From Gammaproteobacteria bacterium (lineage in GTDB: Bacteria; Pseudomonadota; Gammaproteobacteria; UBA4575), in the NCBI GenBank assembly GCA_050633765.1, contig JBOEHC010000081.1, positions 639 to 55,488 on the forward strand: 54,850 nucleotides of DNA, written 5' to 3'. Shown here piece by piece: positions 1-9,938 of the stretch. The number at the start of each line of letters is the position of its first letter. Within the stretch, counting starts at the first letter, position 1. A program made the position numbers and the translations under genes. Under the pieces are notes generated by a model, which had not been told where the DNA came from, made no database searches, and was given only the letters and a program-made list of their open reading frames with translations.

Positions 1-108
1 ACAAGGTCCACACCATTCTGCCCAATAATCAACCAATACCGGTTGCTCACTTTTTAAAACTTCTTCTTCAAAACTGTCATCTGTAATGTGACAAATACTT
101 TCGCTCAC
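1..108 (-). CDS. trxA: Thioredoxin, N-terminal part (gene runs off the left edge of the window)
   Basis: The reverse complement of 1-108 translates to [36 protein letters not shown]. This is a canonical thioredoxin N-terminus ending in the WCGPC redox motif. GTG start at 108. Not in the ORF track because it is truncated. Confidence 0.85.
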   Translation of the reverse strand, partial: MSESICHITDDSFEEEVLKSEQPVLVDYWAEWCGPC

Positions 109-462
109 TTAATAAAACTCCAATTGATAAAATATAATTTTGATTAAACGAACACCTGGAATGGCGCTTTCAAGGGGGTCAAAAGTAGATAACTGTATTT
201 TTATGCATTCTCTATATGATTACAAGTAGATTCGCACCTAGATGGCAAATATGGCTAAATTTACCGATAAATGTAGTACTTTTGACTATATCTACGGCAC
301 AAATAGGCGAATTTTTAGCCTTATTAGGGTTACTCGCGCCCCTATTTTCATTAATATCTCAAGCCAAAGCAAAAACACCCAGCTAGTGAACAAGATTAAG
401 CTATCAATCACCAAAATGCTTATTCATAATCCTGAGTTAATAATAAGATCTAATATCGACGC

Positions 463-1407
463 ATGAAACAGTTAACCATTTGCATTCTAGGTGGCACAGG
501 ATTTGTTGGCAGCCATCTATGTGCTGAACTTGTTGAGCGAGGCCATCATGTCAAGGTGCTTACTCGACAACGCGAACGACACAGAGAATTATTAGTACTA
601 CCTTCCTTAGAGCTTATCCAAGCCAATATTCATAATGAAGATGCACTTAAAAAGCATTTTGAAAATTGTGATGCAGTGATTAACTTAGTCGGCATTCTAA
701 ATGAAAAAACACATGATGGCAGTGGGTTTCATATTGCACATGTTGAATTAGCGCGCAAGGTAATCACTATGTGCACTAGTTGTAAAGTACCAAGGCTCTT
801 ACACATGAGCGCATTAAATGCCAACCCTGATGAGAAAAGCTTTTATTTGCGCACTAAAGGTGAAGCTGAAAACTACGTGCATACCTTTGCAGCAAACAAA
901 ATTGCAGTGACCAGTTTCAGGCCATCGGTTATTTTTGGAGCTGAAGATTCTTTCATTAATCGCTTTGCAGCTATTCTTAAAATAACACCTGGGATCTTCC
1001 CGCTAGCCTGTGCAAATACTAAGTTTGCACCGGTTTACGTCAATGATGTGGTTAAAGTAATGGCAAACGCTATCACTGAAAAACAAGCATCTAATGAAAG
1101 AATCAATCTATGCGGCCCTAAACAATACAGTCTTAAACAGCTCGTAAACTATGTAGCAACTATCAATCATTTAAAGCGCACAGTACTCGGCTTACCTAAC
1201 TGGGCATCCAAGCTGCAAGCAAGCATTCTTGAATATGTGCCTGGCAAACCTTTTTCTATGGACAACTATCGCTCATTACAAAAGAATAGCGTTTGTCCTG
1301 ATGCACAACAAAACAATCTATGCACAACCACATTGGAATCAGTAGCGCCTAAGTACTTACAAAATGAATCCAGATATAACCAGTTTAGGGCAAAGCGAGC
1401 ACACTGA
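463..1407 (+). CDS. NAD(P)-binding SDR of the epimerase/dehydratase family (complex I NDUFA9-like)
   Basis: 314 aa with an N-terminal Rossmann motif ILGGTGFVGSH. Length and layout are typical of bacterial NDUFA9-like atypical SDRs. Confidence 0.65.
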   Translation: MKQLTICILGGTGFVGSHLCAELVERGHHVKVLTRQRERHRELLVLPSLELIQANIHNEDALKKHFENCDAVINLVGILNEKTHDGSGFHIAHVELARKVITMCTSCKVPRLLHMSALNANPDEKSFYLRTKGEAENYVHTFAANKIAVTSFRPSVIFGAEDSFINRFAAILKITPGIFPLACANTKFAPVYVNDVVKVMANAITEKQASNERINLCGPKQYSLKQLVNYVATINHLKRTVLGLPNWASKLQASILEYVPGKPFSMDNYRSLQKNSVCPDAQQNNLCTTTLESVAPKYLQNESRYNQFRAKRAH

Positions 1408-1414
1408 TAATAAT

Positions 1415-2473
1415 CTAGAGACAAGCTTGGTTAGCATTTAACTTTGCTTCACGTTGTGATTCAGGCAGTTTTGAAATATTCTCAACGCTGCGATAGAATT
1501 TTTCGAAATCACTTCCACATAACTCAAACATCCTACGAAACGCGGGCACTAACTCACGATATAATGAAATTGCACCAAGCTGTGCATTATTAAGCGGGCC
1601 CGACATCCATTTTGAATATCTAGCAATGTGTTTGTTTCCATCGCTTAGCTTTGCAAATTTTCTCCTCATTTCTGCAATCAGAATTTCTTTCTCCACTTGC
1701 ATTTTTTCTAAGTCATGCTCTTGTTGATAAAGGATTGAAAATTCATCGCGACTATTTTTTACAAATTCGGAGAAAATAGTTTTTTGCTGTAACCAGTCGT
1801 TATAACGCTGAACATCTTGATCGCGCTTTTGTTGCCCTAACCATTGCAATACACCTATTTCTTCTACTGCGGTTGCAAAAGCTTCATTAAATGCACCATC
1901 GCCTTTTAGATAAAATTGCTGATGGGCAAGTTCATGAAATATATATGCCGCGGCAATCGTTTCGCCTCGATCTAACATACTGCTTAGTAGCGGATCATCA
2001 AACCAGCCTAATGTGGAATACGCTGGAACCCCTGCAACATACACATCCAGGCCTTGAGTAGAAAGTTGTTCGGCGTAGCGATAGGCCTCGTCTTCTTGAA
2101 AATATCCACGATACGGCACACATCCAATAACCAGAAAACACCACTGATGCAAAGCGGTTGAAACAGCTGGCGCAGCAAATACATTCCAAGTCACATATGG
2201 CTGATCAAGTTGCACATAACTTCGATAACTATCGTTTTCAGGCAGTTTCAGCTCGCTACTGGCAAAGCTGCGCAATTCCTCAGTGAGACGTAATTGCTCA
2301 ATTAGCTTCGCGTCACGTGTCGAATCGTTTACGATATCGCTTATGCGCTCACGCTTTGAAATTAAATTAAAATGTCCAGAAATAGACTGATGGTAGTAAC
2401 CGATCGTGCTACATCCTGAAACACACACTAATAACAATACTGCTACGCTTACTCTACTCATACTTCGTATCAT
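1415..2473 (-). CDS. Predicted lipoprotein zinc aminopeptidase (DUF2265-type)
   Basis: Signal peptide with lipobox LLVCVSGC. HELAHQ (HExxH) zinc-binding motif. 352 aa. Confidence 0.5.
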   Translation of the reverse strand: MIRSMSRVSVAVLLLVCVSGCSTIGYYHQSISGHFNLISKRERISDIVNDSTRDAKLIEQLRLTEELRSFASSELKLPENDSYRSYVQLDQPYVTWNVFAAPAVSTALHQWCFLVIGCVPYRGYFQEDEAYRYAEQLSTQGLDVYVAGVPAYSTLGWFDDPLLSSMLDRGETIAAAYIFHELAHQQFYLKGDGAFNEAFATAVEEIGVLQWLGQQKRDQDVQRYNDWLQQKTIFSEFVKNSRDEFSILYQQEHDLEKMQVEKEILIAEMRRKFAKLSDGNKHIARYSKWMSGPLNNAQLGAISLYRELVPAFRRMFELCGSDFEKFYRSVENISKLPESQREAKLNANQACL

Positions 2474-2506
2474 GTTTTTACGTTATCACACTTATATATT
2501 CTGACA

Positions 2507-3667
2507 ATGGAAGTTTATTTAGTAGGAGGTGCGGTTCGCGATGAGCTTTTAGGTCTCCCCGTTACAGAGCGTGACTGGGTTGTCGTTGGCGCCAGCCCAG
2601 AGCAGATGGAGACACAAGGTTATAAACCGGTTGGTAAAGATTTCCCGGTATTTCTACATCCACAGAGCAAAGAAGAATATGCCTTAGCTCGAACTGAAAG
2701 AAAAAATGGGCGAGGCTATCGTGGTTTTGAAGTGCATACTTCACCAGATATTACGCTAGAAGAAGACTTGCTACGACGAGACCTTACTATAAACGCTATC
2801 GCACAAAGTGAAAGCGGAGAAATAATTGATCCTTATCAGGGCCAACAAGATTTAAAAAATAAAACCTTACGACATGTATCCGATGCCTTCGCAGAGGACC
2901 CCTTACGTGTACTACGCGTTGCAAGATTTGCGGCGAAATTCCACAACTTGGGCTTCTCTATCGCAGATGAAACTCAGCAGTTAATGCGACATATTGTCAC
3001 TACTAAAGAAATTCACGATCTATCACCTGAGCGGATTTGGCAAGAAACCCTAAAAGCATTATCCACACCTGCTCCCGAACAATTCTTTTTAATACTGCAT
3101 AGTGTTAACGCACTTTCACAGTCCCACCCTAGCATTAGTGATGAGTTTACAGACCAAACTTCTCAAAATCTTGCCCTGGCTGCATTAAGTAAGCTTGCCG
3201 AAAATGAAACAGATGCGTGCATGCGCTTTGCTGCACTACTAGCTGGTTTATATTTTCAAAAACCTGAAGATAGTCGTCAAGCAGTACAAATGCTGTGTGA
3301 AAAACTTGTTTTACCTAAAGCCTATAGAGAATTGTTATTACTTAGTGTTTTGCACCAACATCAGTGCCACAAGATTTACGAATTGAATGGAAAACAATTG
3401 CTTGAGTTGCTTCGTAACTTAGATACGAAAAGAAAACCCGAGCGTTTCACAAAACTTCTTAAAATATTCTCTATTACCAATCAGTTAGAACACAGCACAA
3501 ACGATTACCCACAAGCTGATTTTTTACAGCGGGCTGCTAATATGATTGAGGATATAGATATTGAGGCATGGATAAATGCAAAAATTAGCACACAAGAGCT
3601 GGCTGATAATATCCAACGCACACAACAAGAATTACTTAACAAATTAATACAGGAAAGAGATTCTTAA
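2507..3667 (+). CDS. cca: tRNA nucleotidyltransferase (CCA-adding enzyme), class II; C-terminal HD motifs are degenerate
   Basis: The N-terminus MEVYLVGGAVRDELLGLPVTERDWVVVG, plus RDLTINA and EDPLRVLRVARFAA, is near-identical in pattern to E. coli Cca. See the finding on the HD domain. Confidence 0.85.
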   Translation: MEVYLVGGAVRDELLGLPVTERDWVVVGASPEQMETQGYKPVGKDFPVFLHPQSKEEYALARTERKNGRGYRGFEVHTSPDITLEEDLLRRDLTINAIAQSESGEIIDPYQGQQDLKNKTLRHVSDAFAEDPLRVLRVARFAAKFHNLGFSIADETQQLMRHIVTTKEIHDLSPERIWQETLKALSTPAPEQFFLILHSVNALSQSHPSISDEFTDQTSQNLALAALSKLAENETDACMRFAALLAGLYFQKPEDSRQAVQMLCEKLVLPKAYRELLLLSVLHQHQCHKIYELNGKQLLELLRNLDTKRKPERFTKLLKIFSITNQLEHSTNDYPQADFLQRAANMIEDIDIEAWINAKISTQELADNIQRTQQELLNKLIQERDS

Positions 3668-3671
3668 TTTG

Positions 3672-4472
3672 TTATAAATACACAATTAGTAGAAGTGCTC
3701 CCAATAAAATTCGATAGATTACGAAAGGCAGCATGCCTATTTTACTAACAAATTTTATAAACCAGTGGATGCATGCAAAGGCCACCACTGCAGAACAGAT
3801 GACAGAGCTGAAAACAAGCGCCCAATCAATGACTACGCCTTGCTGTAGTGCTTTATAACTACCATACAAAGAAGCGGCCAATATCGTGGGGACGGCCAAT
3901 AAAAACGAAAATCTTGCCGCTTCAACACGTGTTAGGTTTAACCACATTCCGGCCATCATCGTCACGCCAGACCGTGATGCACCGGGTATTAACGCAAACG
4001 CCTGGGCAATACCTATCAACAAAACATCTCGTAGGGTTAAGTCTTTGTTCTCACGTGTTTGCTTGCCACTTTTGTCCGCGTGCCAAAGCAACAAACCAAA
4101 AAAGATAGAAGCTACACCTATCAAGACAGCATTACGCATATATTGAAGTAAGAATGCCTGCACAATTAGGGCCGCTATAAAAATTGGCACTGTTGCCCAT
4201 ATCAATAACCAGGCTAAGCGAGAATCTTCATTGGTCTCAATGCCTGAGTTAAAAGACTGAAACCAACCACGGGTTAATTTCCTTAAGTCATGACGGAAAT
4301 AAAACAACACTGCGAATAAGCTACCAAGATGCACAGCAATATCCATAACCAAACCCTGATCTTGCCACTGCATAACCACCGGCAACAGTACTAAATGAGC
4401 CGAACTTGAAATAGGCAAAAATTCAGTCAATCCCTGAATAACTGCGAGTAAAAAAGTATGAAATATTCCCAT
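3672..4472 (-). CDS. uppP: Undecaprenyl-diphosphate phosphatase
   Basis: 266-aa polytopic membrane protein with the UppP/BacA motifs LPISSSAHL and PGASRSG. Confidence 0.9.
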   Translation of the reverse strand: MGIFHTFLLAVIQGLTEFLPISSSAHLVLLPVVMQWQDQGLVMDIAVHLGSLFAVLFYFRHDLRKLTRGWFQSFNSGIETNEDSRLAWLLIWATVPIFIAALIVQAFLLQYMRNAVLIGVASIFFGLLLWHADKSGKQTRENKDLTLRDVLLIGIAQAFALIPGASRSGVTMMAGMWLNLTRVEAARFSFLLAVPTILAASLYGSYKALQQGVVIDWALVFSSVICSAVVAFACIHWFIKFVSKIGMLPFVIYRILLGALLLIVYL

Positions 4473-4614
4473 ATCGTCTATTTAATCTTTCTAAAACAAG
4501 CCCTGAATTATTTTGAGATTAGGCAATAATTATTGAGAAAAGCGGAGCGTATACGTAATACGCGAGCATTTTGAAATAGTTTTTAACGACATGTCGAAGT
4601 AACTCAGGACTTGT

Positions 4615-5844
4615 TTATAGTTTTGCGCGCATATCGCGCATAGTAAATCGATCCGCACCGTAATCAATGCCTTTACCTAATACCATGACTTGAAAACGCT
4701 CACTGATTGCAGAACCAAGAGTAAGTTGTTTCAGCTGAGCAATCTGTGCTAAACGTTCCATTTCATCCTCTGCATCAGGCTGCCAATCTAATAAATTATT
4801 TGCCAACATGAAATTGCGTTGCGAACCAAATGACAACACACCCATTTGCAAATAGGTAGCGATTTTAGCTACGTCTGAGAAATCTACATCTGCAGTAATA
4901 TCTTGAATCCCAGGGTTAGTAAACACATCTTCCGACACCTGGTGCTTAAAATAACTCCGTAATGTACCCATCCTACGTTGAGAGTGATAATACTCGTGGC
5001 GGGGTTGCCCATAATCTATTAAAAACATTACACATTGCTGGCAGCAATTTGCCCATTCTGTAAGGACAGATTCAAGATTTAAATTAATTTCACTCTGATA
5101 GCCCTCTAAAAGAGGTTCATCGAGCATTACGGTAATAAAGTCTAATGCAGCATCTAAGTTTTCTGAAGGCTCTCTTAGACTCCACGTGAGCTCATCATTT
5201 TTTAACGTTACACATCTTTCCTGTATTTTTTTTGAACCTACTTCAAAGCATTTTACAGGTAACGCATCTAACACTTCATTTGCAATGATGATTACAGTTT
5301 CTAATTCATTGGCTTCAAATTTAGCAACTGTGCCATTGCTAGGCAGTTCAACAAACCATTCAATCTGCCCAATATAGTCCGGCAATTCAGTTGCAAGTAA
5401 CTTGTGCTGTTTAGCTTTTAATACTGCACTTGGTTCGTATATACAGTAACGATTAGGCAACATCCCCCAAGTTTTTAAATATTTCAGTATGTCATAGGCA
5501 AATTTTCCGCTGCCTGCACCTATTTCTAATATGGCACGTTGCGCATCATCACGAATTAATTTGGCACAAGCATGTGCCAAACAAAAAGCCAAATGTACGG
5601 AAGTTTCAGGCACCGTTGTGAAATCACCTTGTTTACCAAATATCTCATCTTTCTGGCTGTAGTAACCTACCTCCTGATCATGCAGTGCTAAATGCATATA
5701 CTCATCGAAACCTATCTGGCCCTGTTTTTTAATTGCTTTATGAATACGGGCAGAACACTTTTGTGTAGCCGCCTGCTCTACCTGGCTAAGCGCAGTAGAA
5801 TTTGAGCCAGAAGTTGAACTAGAATCTTGTGAATTAGGCATCAC
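4615..5844 (-). CDS. SAM-dependent methyltransferase, MidA/NDUFAF7 (DUF185) family
   Basis: 409 aa. Contains EIGAGSGKFAYD (SAM-binding motif I) and the HEYYHSQRRMGTLR region typical of the MidA family. Confidence 0.6.
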   Translation of the reverse strand: MMPNSQDSSSTSGSNSTALSQVEQAATQKCSARIHKAIKKQGQIGFDEYMHLALHDQEVGYYSQKDEIFGKQGDFTTVPETSVHLAFCLAHACAKLIRDDAQRAILEIGAGSGKFAYDILKYLKTWGMLPNRYCIYEPSAVLKAKQHKLLATELPDYIGQIEWFVELPSNGTVAKFEANELETVIIIANEVLDALPVKCFEVGSKKIQERCVTLKNDELTWSLREPSENLDAALDFITVMLDEPLLEGYQSEINLNLESVLTEWANCCQQCVMFLIDYGQPRHEYYHSQRRMGTLRSYFKHQVSEDVFTNPGIQDITADVDFSDVAKIATYLQMGVLSFGSQRNFMLANNLLDWQPDAEDEMERLAQIAQLKQLTLGSAISERFQVMVLGKGIDYGADRFTMRDMRAKL

Positions 5845-5902
5845 GCTAATATTAAATATAAGTATGTTAAAATTTAAACAGAATTATTAGGCTGACATTA
5901 AC

Positions 5903-6643
5903 ATGAACAAGAACAACAAGACCGTTATGATAACCGGTGCTGCACGTCGTGTAGGTGCCGTAATGGTAGAGCACTTGCATCAAGCAGGTATGAATATCGT
6001 TCTACATTATCGCAGCTCGGAAAAAGATGCTATGGCCTTAGCAGATAGCTTAAATGCAAAACGCGCTGACTCAGTAAAATTACTGAAAGGCGATTTGAAG
6101 AATTACCAAAATATTCCTAATTTAGTTACAGATGGCATCGCACTATTTGGAGGAATTGATGCATTGATTAACAATGCTTCATCGTTTTACCCTACCGATT
6201 TACAAGACGTCAACGAAGAAATATGGGAAGACCTCGTCGGAGTAAACCTGAAAGCACCTTTATATTTAACCCAAGCGCTTGCAAACGAGCTGAAAAAAAA
6301 CCAAGGCAGTATCATCAATATTGTAGATATTCATGGTGACCGCCCTTTAAAAGACTACTCTGTATATAGTATCGCAAAAGCTGGCCTAATCATGTTTACC
6401 AAATCCATGGCCCGCGAACTAGCACCAGAAATACGCGTAAATGGTATCGCCCCAGGCGCTATTATGTGGCCCGAAGAACAACATTACGAAGGCATGCACC
6501 AAGAAATCATTTCACGTACTGCGTTAAAGCGTGAAGGCAGCCCACAAGACATTGCCGACACGGCATTATTTTTGCTCGCACATGCCAATTACATCACTGG
6601 ACAGATCATTGCAGTCGATGGCGGTCGCACCCTTAGTAATTAA
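5903..6643 (+). CDS. Short-chain dehydrogenase, pteridine reductase / FolM-like
   Basis: ITGAARRVG cofactor motif (the TGxxxRxG variant seen in PTR1/FolM). YSIAK catalytic Tyr-x3-Lys. 246 aa. Sits near folB and folK. Confidence 0.6.
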   Translation: MNKNNKTVMITGAARRVGAVMVEHLHQAGMNIVLHYRSSEKDAMALADSLNAKRADSVKLLKGDLKNYQNIPNLVTDGIALFGGIDALINNASSFYPTDLQDVNEEIWEDLVGVNLKAPLYLTQALANELKKNQGSIINIVDIHGDRPLKDYSVYSIAKAGLIMFTKSMARELAPEIRVNGIAPGAIMWPEEQHYEGMHQEIISRTALKREGSPQDIADTALFLLAHANYITGQIIAVDGGRTLSN

Positions 6644-6670
6644 GAAAAAGCAATTTAAAGGAGTCTTTAC

Positions 6671-6985
6671 ATGCCTGAATTTGAAAACGTGTCTGTTGTA
6701 AAACAGGCAAATATATATTTTGGCGGCAACGTCACCAGCCGCTCGCTTATCTTTCAAGATGGCTCACGCAAGACACTAGGCATCATGCTACCGGGTGAAT
6801 ATGAATTTAATACCGATGAAAAAGAGGTAATGGAAATTACTGCAGGAAACTTGGAGGTTCTATTGCCGAATAGCAAATGGCAAAGCATAAAGGGCGGCGA
6901 AAGTTTTGAAGTGCCTGCGAACTCGACATTTCAGTTAAAGGTTACCGAAGTCAGCGACTACTGCTGTAGCTTTATTAAAGTATGA
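6671..6985 (+). CDS. ppnP: Pyrimidine/purine nucleoside phosphorylase PpnP (YaiE, DUF1255)
   Basis: 104 aa. The pattern YFGGNV..S....[16 protein letters not shown]...E.MEI..G.L.VLLP matches remembered E. coli YaiE. Good SD (AAAGGAG) upstream. Confidence 0.8.
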   Translation: MPEFENVSVVKQANIYFGGNVTSRSLIFQDGSRKTLGIMLPGEYEFNTDEKEVMEITAGNLEVLLPNSKWQSIKGGESFEVPANSTFQLKVTEVSDYCCSFIKV

Positions 6986-7023
6986 CTGCAATGAGGACAA
7001 AGATTTACATAGACAAATAAGCT

Positions 7024-7833
7024 TCAAACTTTTTGGAATTTAAGATCAACTACAGAAATTGTATCCGTACCGTGACACAAATTCAGTGCGCGTTCCAATA
7101 CAGATTTTCGAATATCGGCACTCACCTGATGTAAAAAGCAGGGATCCATCGCAGCAAATTCAATATTGAATTTTGTGTCAACATCAACAGTCATAATGTT
7201 CGCCTCAAGCAGCTGGAGTCCACAAACTTTTCCAATTTTTCGTAAACCCTCTGCACTTTTTATTTTTGTTTTAAGTTTCTCAGGCCAATGCATGGGTGCT
7301 TGATCATATTCACTGAGTGCTTGATCCACGAATGACGTCCATTCTACTTTTTGGTTAAGATCAACCGCTTCATCGAATGAATGCCCCCAACAATTTGCAG
7401 CGAACACTGCACCTGGTTTTAGAACGGACGCTATCGAGGACAATGTAGTCTCTTCATTCATGAGATGGAAAGATGCACTACAGAAGGCAGCGTCAGCAAA
7501 AACACTAAGTCTTTCCAACTTATCGCCTACAACATCTCTAATTTTGATTTGGTTTCCAAGGCGCCTGCGAGCCAAAACACGCATTCCTTCTGCAGGTTCC
7601 ACTAACATTACACTCGCTTTTGGAAATCTTACAAGCAACTGTTCCGCAAGCAACCCACTGCCCCCAGCGATGTCGAGCGCATGCCCAGAAAATTCTTTAG
7701 GGGCAAAGTCTAATAGACGCTCAACCATATCGGTAAAGATAGACCATCGTCCAATAAGTGCATTGTAAGCATCTGCTCGAACATGCCAGCTATGTACAAC
7801 ATCTTCTTGCGTGGGATTAGGAGGACTATTCAT
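7024..7833 (-). CDS. Class I SAM-dependent methyltransferase, substrate unknown
   Basis: 269 aa with motif I LDIAGGSGLLAEQL. No clear SD at the start. Confidence 0.6.
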   Translation of the reverse strand: MNSPPNPTQEDVVHSWHVRADAYNALIGRWSIFTDMVERLLDFAPKEFSGHALDIAGGSGLLAEQLLVRFPKASVMLVEPAEGMRVLARRRLGNQIKIRDVVGDKLERLSVFADAAFCSASFHLMNEETTLSSIASVLKPGAVFAANCWGHSFDEAVDLNQKVEWTSFVDQALSEYDQAPMHWPEKLKTKIKSAEGLRKIGKVCGLQLLEANIMTVDVDTKFNIEFAAMDPCFLHQVSADIRKSVLERALNLCHGTDTISVVDLKFQKV

Positions 7834-7963
7834 CAGTAAATGTCATCTGCATCGAGAAAGATGCAGCAGATTAAGTACCTTCTTAACTTCTATGTCTGCT
7901 ACGACTGCCATGGGTGGCGGAAGTGAAGAAATTGCAGGGAGCAAATTTCTGCCGGCCTATCAG

Positions 7964-8449
7964 TCATTCAAGCCACTTAAACATAACAATAGCATCGACA
8001 TATCCTTTGCTAGGATGATTGAACGCTTTTGGCAGTCTGCCAACAACTTCAAACCCCAGATTTTCCCAAAGCCTAACTGCGCCTTCGTTTGTGGAAGCTA
8101 CAAAATTAAATTGCATTGCCTTGTAACCTAACCCAAGAGCAATCTTTTGCGAATGCTCGCACATTGTTGTCGCGAGACCTTTACCCCTTGCTGAGGATGA
8201 CACCATATAGCCACAATTACAGACATGATCGCCAGGCCCATTTTGATTTGTCTTAATGTAATAAGTACCAAGTATTTTATTATTTTCCTCGATAACAAAT
8301 GTTTTGCGTGGTGCATAAATCCATATCTTTAAAGCATCTTCTCTTGATGTATCTTGTGGATAAGCGTAAGTATCTCCGGCTGAAACGACTTCATGAAAGA
8401 TTGGCCAAATTTCTTCAAAGTCTTCTTCTTTTGCTTCTCTAATATTCAT
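7964..8449 (-). CDS. GNAT family N-acetyltransferase
   Basis: 161 aa. Acetyl-CoA-binding segment SSSARGKGLATTM (R/Q-x-x-G-x-G/A) and a C-terminal NEGAVRLWENLGF motif. Confidence 0.75.
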   Translation of the reverse strand: MNIREAKEEDFEEIWPIFHEVVSAGDTYAYPQDTSREDALKIWIYAPRKTFVIEENNKILGTYYIKTNQNGPGDHVCNCGYMVSSSARGKGLATTMCEHSQKIALGLGYKAMQFNFVASTNEGAVRLWENLGFEVVGRLPKAFNHPSKGYVDAIVMFKWLE

Positions 8450-8498
8450 TTAGGTAAATTTGAATGCCCGTCTTGACCACCATAGATTGTGGAAGCAG

Positions 8499-8987
8499 TC
8501 ATTCGAAAGTATATTCAACAACCTTCATCTCGCCTTGTTCTTCAAATTCTTCCCAAAGCTCATTAATAGTTTTTTCTTCTTCGGGATGTTCTACTTCGCC
8601 GGCTAATTCAGTTAATGGCTTAAGCACAAAGTTGTAGCGCAAAATATCAGGGTGCGGAATGTTCACACCTTCCATTTGCATGACAAGGTCACCATATAAA
8701 AGTTGATCTAAATCCAAAGTACGCGATTCAAATTTTTCTTTACCACGAGTGCGATCGTGATCGGCTTCTATCTGTTTTAAAATGTTGCTGATGTCTAGCG
8801 GCGACTGATCGGTATCAAAACCGACTACCAGATTATGAAAATCATTTCCTTCAAAACCAACTGCTTGGGATTCATATACATTGGAAATATCTAGATCAAC
8901 AAAATGCTCACGCAGAGCCATGACCGATGAGAGGGTATTTTTTTCTTTATCGATATTGCTACCGATACTTACATACACGCGCGCCAT
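8499..8987 (-). CDS. folK: 2-amino-4-hydroxy-6-hydroxymethyldihydropteridine diphosphokinase
   Basis: 162 aa. N-terminus VYVSIGSNI, plus RTLDLD and HPR-like motifs of HPPK. The start overlaps the folB stop (TAATG). Confidence 0.85.
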   Translation of the reverse strand: MARVYVSIGSNIDKEKNTLSSVMALREHFVDLDISNVYESQAVGFEGNDFHNLVVGFDTDQSPLDISNILKQIEADHDRTRGKEKFESRTLDLDQLLYGDLVMQMEGVNIPHPDILRYNFVLKPLTELAGEVEHPEEEKTINELWEEFEEQGEMKVVEYTFE

Positions 8988-9346
8988 TAATCTGTACGCT
9001 GGCCGCGTTCGATGGTGATGCCTACATCCCTCGAACCACGAACCGCCCCCGGTTTGCTAATAGTGAGCCGTACCCAAGGAATATTGAATTCCTTGAGAAG
9101 AATCTCAGAGATCTTCTCAATGAGGGTTTCAATCAGCTCATAGCTACTATCTTCGACAAATTGGATGATGCGCTTAGAGATGGCTTTATAATCCAAAGTG
9201 TCCTCTATTGCATCGCTAGCCGCAGCTTTGGCAATATCAGTTGCCATTTCTAGATCGATACGCACCTTTTGCTTAATACGCTTCTCCCACTCGAATATTC
9301 CGATGGTGGCGTTGACTTCTAAATCCCGCAGAAAAATTGTGTCCAT
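8987..9346 (-). CDS. folB: Dihydroneopterin aldolase
   Basis: 119 aa. N-terminus MDTIFLRDLEVNATIGIFEWEK is typical of FolB. Coupled to folK. Confidence 0.85.
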   Translation of the reverse strand: MDTIFLRDLEVNATIGIFEWEKRIKQKVRIDLEMATDIAKAAASDAIEDTLDYKAISKRIIQFVEDSSYELIETLIEKISEILLKEFNIPWVRLTISKPGAVRGSRDVGITIERGQRTD

Positions 9347-9479
9347 TGGCTAACTATAACGTTTTTTAGGTTTTTGTAGGTAGAACCTTGCTTTCTAGCC
9401 CTCTGCGGGCAGGCTTGGCTTGTGCCATTTTAGCGATTCTGTTATCTTCACGCGCCCTATTTGAAAGAAGCTATTAAAC

Positions 9480-9716
9480 ATGTCTCGAGTTTGTCAGGTG
9501 ACAGGAAAACGACCTACCGCTGGTAATAACGTTTCCCATGCCCATAATAAAACACGTCGTCGCTTTATGCCTAATATTCAAACTCACCGCTTTTGGGTGG
9601 AGAGCGAAAACCGTTGGGTGAAACTTCGTCTTTCAACTAAAGGTATGCGTATTATTGACAAGAAAGGCATTGATGAAGTTCTTACTGACGTCCGCAAACG
9701 CGGATTTAAGGTGTAA
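9480..9716 (+). CDS. rpmB: 50S ribosomal protein L28
   Basis: [27 protein letters not shown] is the canonical L28 sequence. 78 aa. Confidence 0.95.
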   Translation: MSRVCQVTGKRPTAGNNVSHAHNKTRRRFMPNIQTHRFWVESENRWVKLRLSTKGMRIIDKKGIDEVLTDVRKRGFKV

Positions 9717-9721
9717 TCCTC

Positions 9722-9889
9722 ATGGCAAAATCAGTTCGTGAAAAAATTAAATTAGTATCTAGTGCAGGTACTGGTCATTACTACACTACAAGTAAAAATA
9801 AACGCACCATGACCGAAAAGCTGGAAATAAAGAAGTACGATCCGGTTGTTCGCAAACATGTCATGTATAAAGAAGCGAAGATTAAATAA
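9722..9889 (+). CDS. rpmG: 50S ribosomal protein L33
   Basis: Not in the ORF track (55 aa). My translation is [55 protein letters not shown], a canonical L33. It starts 5 nt after rpmB. Confidence 0.95.
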   Translation: MAKSVREKIKLVSSAGTGHYYTTSKNKRTMTEKLEIKKYDPVVRKHVMYKEAKIK

Positions 9890-9938
9890 AGCTCGTTCCT
9901 CGCTATCGTTACGATAGCACATCATTTTCTAGAAACTA

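Noticed and set aside
157-171. Sigma-54-like element TGGAATG-gcgc-TTTC
   Set aside because: The GG is correctly placed, but the invariant -12 GC reads TC. The site is also about 290 nt from the nearest start codon.
242-466. 74-aa ORF upstream of the NDUFA9-like SDR gene
   Set aside because: It has no SD and an Ile/Asn/Lys-rich composition typical of translated AT-rich spacer. It ends overlapping the downstream start. It is more likely the shared promoter region of trxA and the SDR gene.
7847-7866. Hairpin CTGCATC-gagaaa-GATGCAG in the leader of the methyltransferase gene
   Set aside because: It is a short 7-bp stem with no U-tract on either strand and no second copy elsewhere in the window. 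It may be a chance occurrence.
7460-8131. 102-aa and 106-aa plus-strand ORFs opposite the methyltransferase and GNAT genes
   Set aside because: They are antisense to ORFs with clear family motifs. The second spans an intergenic gap and lacks an SD.
9902-9930. Hairpin GCTATCG-tta-CGATAGC after rpmG as a terminator
   Set aside because: The 7-bp stem is real, but the T-run starts 8 nt after it and is only 4 nt long. It is not a canonical intrinsic terminator, though it could still be a weak one.
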